A stretch of 26,266 nt of DNA, taken from Anaeromyxobacter dehalogenans. GTDB lineage: Bacteria > Myxococcota_A > UBA9042 > DTJE01. The position numbers were made by a program, and so were the translations under genes. The stretch is taken from positions 1-26,266 of the forward strand of contig DYKK01000002.1 in NCBI GenBank assembly GCA_020722625.1. The letters are read 5' to 3'. The notes below the pieces were generated by a model. It saw nothing but the letters and a program-made list of their open reading frames with translations. It was not told where the DNA came from and ran no database searches. Within the stretch, counting starts at the first letter, position 1. Each line of letters opens with the position of its first letter. Below are positions 1 to 8,857 of this stretch, in pieces.

Positions 1-1
1 C

Positions 2-838
2 ATCGGAGACCCCGAGTGCTACTACTACCATCCGGAGATGGCGTGGTTCACGCTCTACAACGACACCCTCCTGTACCTGCCGGTGGACGAGTCGCAGGGG
101 GAAACGCTCGCGAACTACCCCTACATGTTCCTGAAGTGGAATCGTTTCGACCGCCTGGTGGTGGCCCTGATGGACCCGATCACGGACGGGGCCGTCACGG
201 CGGCGGTCAATGCGCTCGCGTTCCTGAGCCAGAGCCTGCGCAGCCCCGCGACCGCGGACATCCGGATGACCCCGGCGAAGTCCCTGTCCGAGGCCGACCG
301 CCGGGAGGCGAACCTCCTGCTCGTCGGGGCCCTCGGGGCGGTCATGGGGGATTCCGCGTGGCTTCCGGTGCTCCCGAAGGAACTCGTCGAGAGGTCCGAC
401 ATCCCGGGCAGGGCCGACCTCCTGAACACCGCGGGTTTCCTCGCCCTGTCGCCGAGTCCGTTCGAGCCCGCCCGTCGCGTCCTCGCCGTGGTGGGTCGCT
501 CGGACCGCGAGATCGGGTACGCGGCCCCGTACCTGTATGCCCCGGGAAAGGTCGAGTGGGTCCGGGGCACGCTCGCCATGGTCGGCGGGGACCACGAACT
601 GCGGGTCCTGCTGCCGCCCGGTCCCGCGGACGCGGTCGCCCGCTTCGACCCGACCAAGGTTCGGTTCGAGGAGAAGGACGGACGGCTCGTCCCGGTCGTC
701 GAGGTCCCGAAGCCCGTCCAGCCTCCCGCCCGGTACAACGTGGCGTACCTGGTGTTCTTCATCCTGACGCCCGTCCTGGTGCTCCTGGTCATCCTGCGCC
801 TTCGGGCCTTGTCGCGCGAGGGCCGGGGCGGAGGATAG
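2..838 (+). CDS. BcsB-like (cellulose synthase co-polymerase-like) periplasmic protein with C-terminal membrane anchor; 5'-truncated by the window edge
   Basis: Frame is open from nt 2 (IGDPECYYYHPE precedes the ORF-track Met at 38), so the true start is probably upstream. Segment AGFLALSPSPFEPARRVLAVVGRSD...VRGTLAMV resembles the BcsB C-terminal pattern (SP-x4-R-x-V/L...G-x-V/L-A-x-I/V). It ends in one hydrophobic helix (VAYLVFFILTPVLVLLVIL) followed by basic residues, as BcsB does. Confidence 0.6.
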   Translation: MGDPECYYYHPEMAWFTLYNDTLLYLPVDESQGETLANYPYMFLKWNRFDRLVVALMDPITDGAVTAAVNALAFLSQSLRSPATADIRMTPAKSLSEADRREANLLLVGALGAVMGDSAWLPVLPKELVERSDIPGRADLLNTAGFLALSPSPFEPARRVLAVVGRSDREIGYAAPYLYAPGKVEWVRGTLAMVGGDHELRVLLPPGPADAVARFDPTKVRFEEKDGRLVPVVEVPKPVQPPARYNVAYLVFFILTPVLVLLVILRLRALSREGRGGG

Positions 839-842
839 AGGG

Positions 843-3437
843 TTGGTCGAGAGGACGGGAACAACGCGAGCCGGAGTCGGCGTCGCCGGCGCTTCGCGTT
901 CGCGTCCCGGGGTGGCATGGCCGGGGCCGGGTCGCGACCTCCGGTCGAGACTCTGGGTTCCTCTCGTTGTGGTCGCCGTGGAGGTGTTCTGCAAGGCCGG
1001 CGAGGCGTTCGCCGCGCCCCTGCCGCGCACCCGGCCGATCCCCGACCTCTCGCCGGGGGACCGGGTCCTGTGCCTGGTGGACTCCTCCGAGGGCGTGACG
1101 GTCGAGCGCAACCCCCTGGCCGCCGTGATCGCCCCCGCGATCGCGCGCCTGGGGCTCCAGGTCCGCTGCCACGACATCACGCAAGGGGGCCTGCCCTCGC
1201 CGCAGGCGCTCGCGGGCGTCCGGGCCGTGGTCACGGGCTTCCTGGACGGGTCCATGGCCGGGGCCGGCCGCTACCCGGAGTTCGTGCGGGCCGTGGTCGC
1301 CCGCGGGGTCCGTTTCGTCATCGTCGGGAACTACGGGGCGTGGCAGGAAGGGGGTCCGGACGGTCCGTTCGTGGCCCCGGAGACCGTCAACCGCGCCTTC
1401 GAGGCCCTGGGCGTGCGCTACCGTGCCCGGTGGACCTCGGACCCGTCGCTCTTCACGGTCGAGGTCGCCGACCCCGCCATCGCGCCGGCGCGGGACCTCC
1501 GGCCGGACGCCATCCGGCACTTCTACCAGTTCGATGCGGTCCGGGACGACGTCCGGGTCCTGGTGGCGGCCCGCCGGACCGACGACCCCTCGGGACCCCC
1601 CTCCGCCCCGGTCTTCACGAGCGCGACCGGGGCCATGGTCCTCCAGCGCTACCTGTCGCCGTCGGACCTCCTCGAGGACCCCGGGGCCTTCCGGTTCGAT
1701 GCCGGGGCGTTCCTCGGGCTCGCGCTCGCCTACACCCCGCGCGACCCCGGGACGCTTCTCGTGTTGCACGACCCGGACAGCGATGCCTCCCGCGAGGCGA
1801 TGGCGACGCTTCGAGCGGCCTCTTCCTACACCGGACTCCCGATGGTCGGGGTCCCCCTCGCGTCCGCGTCGCGATTGCGTCCGATGGACCTCGCCGCCCA
1901 CACGGGGGTCGTCCTGGCCCTCGACCAGGTCCGCGCCCCCGCGGGCCGATACCTCGCGGACCTGCTCGGGGCCTTCGTGCGCCTGGGAGGCCGGGTCGCC
2001 TCGATCCTGCCGGTCTCGGACCCCGACCTGGCCCGGGTCCTGGGGCGCGAGGGACCCGCGACCGGGGCCGCGAACGCGACGGGACTGGCCTTGCGGGACG
2101 GCGTGTTTCCAGGGGCGTCCGGGCTGAGCGCGGGGCCGGGGAGCGTGCGGTGGACGGCCGCCCCGGGTCGGCCGGGTCGGGGCTGCCGCGTCCTGGCGGA
2201 ATCCGAGGACCCCTCCGGGGCCGTGCCCCTGTGGTGGCGCTGCCGGGTGGGCCGGGGCGAGGTCAGCGCCCTCAATGCGTTCGAGTTCAGCGACCGTGCC
2301 TTCCTGGGCTTCGTGATCCAGGCCGCTCTGGACGCGGCCGGGACGTGGGCCATGCCGGTCCTGGCGTCGGCGGTCGAGTTCGTGGACGACTGCCCCCTGC
2401 CCATGGCCGAGCGGGTCATCCCCGGCCTCGGGCGCCCGGACGTCGAGTTTTATTCAAACGATTTCTACGGAATGATCCTCGAGGCCCGGGATCGGCTCGG
2501 GATGCACCCGACCTTCTTCGCCGTCTTCTCGTACGGCGACGAGGTCCGGGGTCCGTTCGGGCCGCCCTTTGCCGGGACCACGGCCGCGAGGGCCCTGGAC
2601 CTGGCCCGCCGGGTCGTGAGCGACGACTTCCCCGTGGGTCTGCACGGAATGAACCACCTGTCCCCGGCCCTGTCCGGGGGAGTGTCCCGGCCCTTTCCGG
2701 ACGCCGCCGCGCTCGATGAATGGTTCGCCTCGGCGCGCGACGCCTTCCGGGAGGTCTTCGGCCCCGAGAACGGACCCGTCGTGTTCGTGCCCCCCAACAA
2801 CTTCGTGGACGCGGCCGGCAAGCGCGCCCTGGGCCGGGCCTTGCCGGACCTGCGCGTCCTGTCGTCCGTGTTCGCCGGCTCCGAGGTCGAGACCGTCCAG
2901 GACTTCGCCTTGGACCCCGACCTCCCGGGCGTGGTGGACTTCCCGCGGACCTGGGCCGGGCACGTCCTGGCCGGGGAGGCGCTCGTGCAGATGGTGAACG
3001 GCCTGCTCGCCCTGTCCGTGTCGTCCCATTTCGTCCACCCCGACGACGTCCTTGACCCGGAGCGCTCCGGGGGGCGGTCCTGGGAGGCCCTGCGGCGGGG
3101 GTTCCTGGAGGGCGCGGCCGAGGTCCGGCGCCGGTTCCCCTTCCTGCGCGACCGGACCGTCGTCCAGGCCGCCGAGGACGTGCGGCGCTCCCCGGCCCGC
3201 CGCATCCGGGTGACCCGTCGGGGGGCCGGGGACCTGCGCGTGGAGCGCGCCTCCGGACTCACCGACCCGGACGTGCTCCTGGTCCGCCTGCCGCCCGGGT
3301 GCCTCCCCCGGGTCCTCGACGGAGGCGTCCTCGTCTCGTCGGACGCGGACTCGGGCCGGCACCACGTCCGCATGGAGGCCCGGGTCCTCGACATGGAGTG
3401 TGCGCAATCGCCTTCGGAGACACGGAGGGGTCCATGA
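843..3437 (+). CDS. pelA: PelA-like polysaccharide deacetylase (DUF2194/CE4-like C-terminal domain) with an N-terminal PelA-like alpha/beta domain
   Basis: 864 aa; TTG start about 7 nt after GGAGGA; hydrophobic N-terminal segment LWVPLVVVAVEVF. DUF2194-type motifs: FVDDCPLP, GLHGMNH, VFVPPNN, SHFVHPDDVLD. The stop overlaps the pelD start (ATGA). Confidence 0.75.
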   Translation: MVERTGTTRAGVGVAGASRSRPGVAWPGPGRDLRSRLWVPLVVVAVEVFCKAGEAFAAPLPRTRPIPDLSPGDRVLCLVDSSEGVTVERNPLAAVIAPAIARLGLQVRCHDITQGGLPSPQALAGVRAVVTGFLDGSMAGAGRYPEFVRAVVARGVRFVIVGNYGAWQEGGPDGPFVAPETVNRAFEALGVRYRARWTSDPSLFTVEVADPAIAPARDLRPDAIRHFYQFDAVRDDVRVLVAARRTDDPSGPPSAPVFTSATGAMVLQRYLSPSDLLEDPGAFRFDAGAFLGLALAYTPRDPGTLLVLHDPDSDASREAMATLRAASSYTGLPMVGVPLASASRLRPMDLAAHTGVVLALDQVRAPAGRYLADLLGAFVRLGGRVASILPVSDPDLARVLGREGPATGAANATGLALRDGVFPGASGLSAGPGSVRWTAAPGRPGRGCRVLAESEDPSGAVPLWWRCRVGRGEVSALNAFEFSDRAFLGFVIQAALDAAGTWAMPVLASAVEFVDDCPLPMAERVIPGLGRPDVEFYSNDFYGMILEARDRLGMHPTFFAVFSYGDEVRGPFGPPFAGTTAARALDLARRVVSDDFPVGLHGMNHLSPALSGGVSRPFPDAAALDEWFASARDAFREVFGPENGPVVFVPPNNFVDAAGKRALGRALPDLRVLSSVFAGSEVETVQDFALDPDLPGVVDFPRTWAGHVLAGEALVQMVNGLLALSVSSHFVHPDDVLDPERSGGRSWEALRRGFLEGAAEVRRRFPFLRDRTVVQAAEDVRRSPARRIRVTRRGAGDLRVERASGLTDPDVLLVRLPPGCLPRVLDGGVLVSSDADSGRHHVRMEARVLDMECAQSPSETRRGP

Positions 3438-4861
3438 CCACGCCCGCGATCACCGCCGACCGGTACACCCGCCAGGTCGAGAGCCTGATGGAGGCCCTCC
3501 TGGGCGTCCTCTTCCTGATGGTCGTCAACGTCGCGTTCTTCGAGGACGACCCCGGGTTCCTGAAGGTTCAGCCGCATCCATTCCTCTTCTTGACGATCCT
3601 CATCGCCTCCCGGTACGGGACCTTCGACGGGTTCGTGACCGGGATGCTGTGCGCCGTGATCTACGCGTCCTACCTGTTTGCCGGCCGCGACTGGTCGCTC
3701 ATCGTCCAGACGTTCGAGTGGCACCGCATGATCCCGGCGTACCTCTTTGTCATCATGGGGGTCCTCCTGGGCGAGATCCGCGAGATGGCCGGCCGCGAGG
3801 TCCGGCGGATGCGGGACGACGTCCACCGGATGACGGAACAAGTCGAGGTCATGCGCCGCGACCTCGAGATGGTGACGCGGGTGAAGGACGAACTCCAGCA
3901 GAAGATCCTGTCGGCCGAGGACCCGCTGGCCCAGTTCTACGACTCGGCGCAGAGGCTGTCCGCCCTCCGGCCCGAGGAGGCCTACCCGGCGATCATGGAC
4001 CTGGTCGAGAAGTTCACGGGCGCGGAAAAGTTCAGCCTCTACCTGGCCCGCGATCGTGACGGGGGCGTCGTGGGACCCGCGGGACCGCCGGCCTTCGAGT
4101 TGCGGTTCAGCCGGGGGTGGGCGCAGGCGGACGAGTTCGAGGCCGTGCTGACCACCGACCACCCGGCGGTGGCGAAGGCGGTGGAGAGTCGCGGTCCGGT
4201 GACCGCGCGGGAGGCGACGTCGACCGCGTCCGACATCCTCGCCTGCGCCCCGCTGGTGGACCCCGCGGAGGACCGCGTCACGGGCCTCCTCGTGATCCAT
4301 CGGATCCCCTTCGTCCGCCTGACCCGGCTGACCGTGTCGCACCTCCAGACCATCGCGGGCTGGGCCGGCAAGACCCTCGCCGAGGCGTCGAGGTTCCACG
4401 CCGCGCTCCAGGCCCGCGTGGACGACGAGGTCACCGGGTTGTTCCACTACGGGTACGTGTCCCGCCGCCTGACCGAGGAGATGCAGCGCGTCGTGAGATA
4501 CGGGGGCGAGTGCTCGCTCCTGCTGGTCAAGGTTCTCGAGGCCGAGACCCTGTCCCCGGACGACCGGAGGCTGGTCCTGCGGGAGTTCGGCGCCACGCTC
4601 CGGCGGCTCCTGCGGACCATGGACGTGGTCGGCGCGCACCGGCTCCCGGGTGTCTATCACGTCATCCTGCCCGAGACGAGCCCCGCGCGCGCCGTGGTCG
4701 TGACCGCGAGGGTCAACGAGGCCTTCCGGCAGCAGTTCGGGGGGCTCGGGTCGCGGTTCGCGCACCTGTCGCTGAAGATGGGCGTGGCGGGCATCTCGAA
4801 GGACCACCCCCGCACGGAGGCGGAGATGGTGGCCGAGGCCGAGCGGTTCTCGCTCGCGTGA
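3434..4861 (+). CDS. pelD: PelD-like c-di-GMP receptor: N-terminal TM helices, coiled coil, GAF domain, degenerate GGDEF domain
   Basis: ATG at 3434 with RBS GGAGGGG and ATGA overlap with pelA (the ORF track starts it too early, at 3299). HPFLFLTILIASRYGTFDG matches the PelD TM signature (xRYGxxxG). RxxD I-site (RTMD, nt 4613-4624) is retained and the GGDEF motif is lost. Confidence 0.85.
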   Translation: MTTPAITADRYTRQVESLMEALLGVLFLMVVNVAFFEDDPGFLKVQPHPFLFLTILIASRYGTFDGFVTGMLCAVIYASYLFAGRDWSLIVQTFEWHRMIPAYLFVIMGVLLGEIREMAGREVRRMRDDVHRMTEQVEVMRRDLEMVTRVKDELQQKILSAEDPLAQFYDSAQRLSALRPEEAYPAIMDLVEKFTGAEKFSLYLARDRDGGVVGPAGPPAFELRFSRGWAQADEFEAVLTTDHPAVAKAVESRGPVTAREATSTASDILACAPLVDPAEDRVTGLLVIHRIPFVRLTRLTVSHLQTIAGWAGKTLAEASRFHAALQARVDDEVTGLFHYGYVSRRLTEEMQRVVRYGGECSLLLVKVLEAETLSPDDRRLVLREFGATLRRLLRTMDVVGAHRLPGVYHVILPETSPARAVVVTARVNEAFRQQFGGLGSRFAHLSLKMGVAGISKDHPRTEAEMVAEAERFSLA

Positions 4862-4881
4862 GCGTGGGGGGTCCATCCGGG

Positions 4882-5913
4882 ATGGGGAATCTCCTGGCCG
4901 TGTTCGAGGCGGTCCTCGAGGTCGAGGCGCTCGTCTTCCTGCTGCACGACTTCGATGTCGGCCCGTTCTGGCGCGTCTTCCTGCCCCTGGCCGCGCACCT
5001 GGTCGCCCTGGCCTTGCTCGCGGTGGGCTTCCTGGGTCGCTGGGATTTCGCGAGGCCCCGGGACCGGGCCTGGGCCGTGACCGGGCTGTGCATGTCCCTG
5101 CCGTTGCCGATGCTCGGGTTCCTCGGGTTCGTGGGCCTGTACGCCCTGTATGCCTCGCGGCCGCGCGGGACGGGCGACCTTCTGAGGGACTTCGAGGACT
5201 ACATCGCGTACGACCCGGCCGCGGCCGCGGCCCTGCCCAGGCCCGTGGACTCGGACCGCTTCATCCTCGACGAGGTGGACGTGGCCCCCTTGCGAGACAT
5301 CCTCGCGGGGACCGACGTGGCGCTGAAGCGGGGGGCCATCCTCTCGCTCTCCTGGCTCCCCAGGCGCGAGGCGGTGAGCCTGCTCAAGACGGCGCTCGTG
5401 GACGAGAACCGCGAGATCCGCTACTACGCGGGGAACGCCCTGTCCGACATGGAACGCGAGTTCAACGACCGGATCTTCCGCCTCGTGCGCGAGGTCGAGC
5501 GCGCGCCTACCCGTGTCGAGCACCACATCAAACTGGCGGGCCTGATCCTCGACTACGCGGACATCGGGCTCCTGGACCGGGGCATGGTCCGGTACTTTGC
5601 GGACATCGGCCTCAAGGCGCTCGACAAGGCCACCCTGGTCGGGTCGTCGGACGGGAGACTCCTCGCGCTGTCGGGCCGGCTCTACCGCCTGTGCGGACAA
5701 CTGGAGCAGGCCGAACAGGCCCTGAAGCGACACCTGGACGCGAACCCGGGGGACCTGGAGGCCGCGGTGGCCCTGGCCGAGACCGCCTACGAGCGCGGCA
5801 ACGTCGCCCTGGCCCGGCAGGTCGTGGAGGAGGCCTGCGCCCGGTTCCCCGGGGAGCCGCGCCTCGCGGACCTGAGCGAGGTCCTCGGGGGAGCGCGGGA
5901 GGAGCCGGCGTGA
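4882..5913 (+). CDS. pelE: PelE-like inner-membrane protein with HEAT/TPR-like repeats
   Basis: Real start taken as MGNLLAVFE at 4882 inside track ORF 4117..5913. N-terminal TM helices (LAAHLVALALLAVG, LPLPMLGFLG). ALVDENREIRYYAGNALSDMEREFNDRI matches the PelE repeat pattern (ALxDxxxxVRxxAxxxL...NxRI). TPR-like C-terminus. Position between pelD and pelF. Confidence 0.8.
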   Translation: MGNLLAVFEAVLEVEALVFLLHDFDVGPFWRVFLPLAAHLVALALLAVGFLGRWDFARPRDRAWAVTGLCMSLPLPMLGFLGFVGLYALYASRPRGTGDLLRDFEDYIAYDPAAAAALPRPVDSDRFILDEVDVAPLRDILAGTDVALKRGAILSLSWLPRREAVSLLKTALVDENREIRYYAGNALSDMEREFNDRIFRLVREVERAPTRVEHHIKLAGLILDYADIGLLDRGMVRYFADIGLKALDKATLVGSSDGRLLALSGRLYRLCGQLEQAEQALKRHLDANPGDLEAAVALAETAYERGNVALARQVVEEACARFPGEPRLADLSEVLGGAREEPA

Positions 5914-7466
5914 AGACCGATGTCTGCCTGATCACGGAGGGTTCGTACCCGTTCGTCGTGGGCGGGGTCTCGACCTGGGTGCACGACCTCCTCACGAGCC
6001 TGAAGGACGTCTCGTTCTCCCTGGTGCACATCGGGGTCTCGCGGGAGACGGCGGAGCGTCCCCTGTACGAACTGCCGCCAAACGTCCTGGACTTCCGGCG
6101 GGTCCACCTGATGGACACGATCCAGTGGCGGGGACCGCGGGCGGGCCGGCGCCGGGAGGCCTGGTCGGACCTCGAGCGCTTCATCCGCGACCTTTCCCGC
6201 GGGGACCACTCCCTGCTGCCCGTGATGCTGCGGCGGTTCCAGCCGGGGGTCCCGGACGCCCTCACCCCGTACGACATCTTCCACGGGCGCGAGTTCTGGG
6301 ACATCCTGGTCCGCCTGTATCGCGAACACTTCGATGGTTTTTCGTTCATTGACTACTTCTGGACATTGCGATTTATCGCCCTCCCGCTGTTCCGGGTCCT
6401 GTACGCGGACATCCCCGACGCATCGCTGTATCACGCGACCTGCACGGGGTACGCGGGCCTGCTCGGGGTGCTGGCCGGCCTGCGCACGCGCTCGCCCCTG
6501 GTCCTCACCGAGCACGGGATCTACACGAACGAGCGGATGATCGAGATCACGCAGGCGCAGTGGATCTACCGGGAGAAGTCGGACTCCCCGGTCCCGACCC
6601 GGCAACTGGGCGCCTTGCAGAACCTGTGGATGCGCAAGTTCGAGGTCCTGTCGCGGATCGCGTACGACCACGCGAGCGCCATCTTCACCCTCTACGAGGG
6701 GAACCGCCAGATGCAGGTCCTCGGCGGCGCGAATCCGGACCGCACCGCCCTGATCCCGAACGGGATCGACCTGCCCCGCTTCGATGACATCTACCGGCGG
6801 CGCCGGGAGACCCCGAGGTCCGGTCCTCCGATGGTCGCGCTGGTCGGCCGGGTCACGCCGATCAAGGACGTCAAGACCTTTATCCGGGCCGCGAGGATGG
6901 TCATCGAGGAGAGGCCGGACGTCCGGTTCTATGTCCTGGGGACGACCGACGAGGACCCGGCCTACTTCGAGGAGTGCGAGCGCCTGGTCCGCGTCCTGTC
7001 GCTCCAGAAGAAGGTCCTGTTCCCCGGGTCCGTGGACATGTCGGAGTACTATCCGAGGATCGACTGCCTGGTCCTGACGAGCATCAGCGAGGCCCAGCCG
7101 TTCGTCCTGCTGGAGGCGATGCGGGCGGGGGTCCCGGTGGTGTGCACGAACGTGGGCGCCTGCGCGGAACTGGTCCACGGGTCCGGCCCGGAGGACGAGG
7201 CCATCGGGCGCGCCGGGGTCGTGACCAACATCCGGTCGCCCCGCGAGACCGCGGATGCCATCCTCGGGGTCCTGCGCGACACGGACCGGGCGCAGGCCAT
7301 GGGCGAGGCCGGTCACGAGCGGGTGGGCCGGTACTACGTGCGTTCGCGCATGATCGAGGCGTATCGCGACGTGTATCAGCGCTACTGCGGTCGGGGGACC
7401 CTGCTCCGCGACCACCCCGCGGTCTGGCCCGACGGCGAGAACACGCCCGCGCGGGTGGACGGGTAG
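5910..7466 (+). CDS. pelF: PelF GT4 family glycosyltransferase (DUF3492 N-terminal domain)
   Basis: GTG start overlapping the pelE stop (GTGA). Motifs DVCLITEGSYPFVVGGVSTW, LTEHGIYTNER, GRVTPIKDVKTFIRA and SISEAQPFVLLE (EX7E) are characteristic of PelF. Confidence 0.93.
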   Translation: MKTDVCLITEGSYPFVVGGVSTWVHDLLTSLKDVSFSLVHIGVSRETAERPLYELPPNVLDFRRVHLMDTIQWRGPRAGRRREAWSDLERFIRDLSRGDHSLLPVMLRRFQPGVPDALTPYDIFHGREFWDILVRLYREHFDGFSFIDYFWTLRFIALPLFRVLYADIPDASLYHATCTGYAGLLGVLAGLRTRSPLVLTEHGIYTNERMIEITQAQWIYREKSDSPVPTRQLGALQNLWMRKFEVLSRIAYDHASAIFTLYEGNRQMQVLGGANPDRTALIPNGIDLPRFDDIYRRRRETPRSGPPMVALVGRVTPIKDVKTFIRAARMVIEERPDVRFYVLGTTDEDPAYFEECERLVRVLSLQKKVLFPGSVDMSEYYPRIDCLVLTSISEAQPFVLLEAMRAGVPVVCTNVGACAELVHGSGPEDEAIGRAGVVTNIRSPRETADAILGVLRDTDRAQAMGEAGHERVGRYYVRSRMIEAYRDVYQRYCGRGTLLRDHPAVWPDGENTPARVDG

Positions 7467-7486
7467 GGTTTTCTTGAGGGGGAGGC

Positions 7487-8857
7487 ATGGCGGGGATCGG
7501 ATTCCGGTTGCGGGAGATGGCGGCCCGCAAGACCTTCACGGAGTGGCTCCGGCTCTACACCTACTCGGCCGTGATCTTCTCGGGGCCGTGGCTCATCTCG
7601 ATCCTCGCGCTCGCGGCGCTGTCCACCTTCGTGCTGCCCGCGATGCTGGAGGCGGATGTCCGTGTCTTCGTCGTGACCATCGTCTATGTCTACTGTTTCT
7701 CGCTCGTGACCACGGGGTTGATCCAGCTGGTCGTGACGCGCTACGTGTCCGACCAGTTCTACAGGCGCAACCCCGATGCCGTGGTGCCGACCTTCGTGGG
7801 GTCCGTGGCCGTCACGGTCCTGTTCCAGACCGTCGCCGGGTCCCTGGCCCTGTTCTTCGCGGACCTGGACCTCTTGTACAAGATCGTGGTCCTGGGCCTG
7901 TACGTGTCCATCAGCGTGGTCTGGATCGAGATGCTCTTCCTGTCCGCGGCCAAGGACTATGCCCACGTGGTGCTCGACTTCGCCGTGGGGTACCTTGCGT
8001 CCTTCATCGGCGGACAGGTCCTCGGGACGGTCTTCGGGACGGACGGGCTGGGGATCGGGTTCCTGACCGGACAGGTCCTGCTGATGGTCCTCCTGATGTA
8101 CCGCGTCTTCTCGGAGTACCGGTTCGGCCAGGGGTTCGACTTCGCCTTCCTGCGGTACATCGGCCGGTATCCGGCCCTGATGGCGACCGGCTTCTTCTAC
8201 AACACGGCCATCTGGATTGACAAGGTCCTGTTCTGGTACTCGCCTTCGGGCCTGCACGTCCACAGTTATTTCTACACGCACTTCCCGTACGACTCCGCGA
8301 TGTTCATCGCGTACGTCACCATCCTCCCCACCCTCGCGATCTTCCTGTTGCGCATCGAGACGGACTTCTACCTCCGCTACAAGAACTACTACGGAGCCAT
8401 CCTCCAGAAGGCCCCGCTCGACCGGATCCTCGAACGCAAAGGCGAGATGCGCGACGTGCTGCTCGCCGCGACCCGGACCTCGGCGATCTACCAGGGGGTC
8501 GTCACGAGCGCGATCTTCATCTTGATGCCGTTCATCGTGGCCCTGCTCGGGATCGACCCGGACCTGGCGCCGGTCTTCCGAGTCGCCGTGATCGGGGCCT
8601 TCTTCCACGCGGCCCTGGTCGTCGTGATGATCCTGCTCCTCTACTTCGACTTCCGAGGATCGGCCCTGTTCGTGTCCGCGGTGTTCCTGCTGTCGAACGC
8701 CACCTTCACGATGGTCACGACCTTCGGTTCGGAATCGTGGATGGGGTTCGGCTACCTCGGCGCCTGCGTCCTGTCCCTCGCGACCGGCCTCGCGGTCTTC
8801 GTCAACCGCTTTCGCAACCTCGAGTACCTGACCTTCATGCGACAGCCCCTGCGGTAG
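7487..8857 (+). CDS. pelG: PelG exopolysaccharide transporter (multi-pass membrane protein)
   Basis: Signature N-terminus MAGIGFRLR, plus SGPWLISI, FFYNTAIWIDKVLFW, YDSAMFIAY and ETDFY motifs; about 12 hydrophobic segments; RBS GAGGGGGAGG upstream. Confidence 0.95.
   Translation: MAGIGFRLREMAARKTFTEWLRLYTYSAVIFSGPWLISILALAALSTFVLPAMLEADVRVFVVTIVYVYCFSLVTTGLIQLVVTRYVSDQFYRRNPDAVVPTFVGSVAVTVLFQTVAGSLALFFADLDLLYKIVVLGLYVSISVVWIEMLFLSAAKDYAHVVLDFAVGYLASFIGGQVLGTVFGTDGLGIGFLTGQVLLMVLLMYRVFSEYRFGQGFDFAFLRYIGRYPALMATGFFYNTAIWIDKVLFWYSPSGLHVHSYFYTHFPYDSAMFIAYVTILPTLAIFLLRIETDFYLRYKNYYGAILQKAPLDRILERKGEMRDVLLAATRTSAIYQGVVTSAIFILMPFIVALLGIDPDLAPVFRVAVIGAFFHAALVVVMILLLYFDFRGSALFVSAVFLLSNATFTMVTTFGSESWMGFGYLGACVLSLATGLAVFVNRFRNLEYLTFMRQPLR

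Noticed and set aside
2465-4876. 803-aa minus-strand ORF opposite pelA/pelD (likewise 789..1901, 4657..5733, 5787..7415, 7382..8953)
   Set aside because: Antisense shadows of well-supported pel genes. High GC3 removes stops on the opposite strand, and the translations have no recognisable motifs.
4117-5909. Long N-terminal extensions in track ORFs 3299..4861, 4117..5913, 5088..7466, 17016..20996 and 24477..26255 suggesting fusions or frameshifts
   Set aside because: The extensions are off-frame readings of the upstream gene or of non-coding DNA. Internal starts with an RBS or stop/start overlap give normal-sized proteins, so no frameshift is needed.
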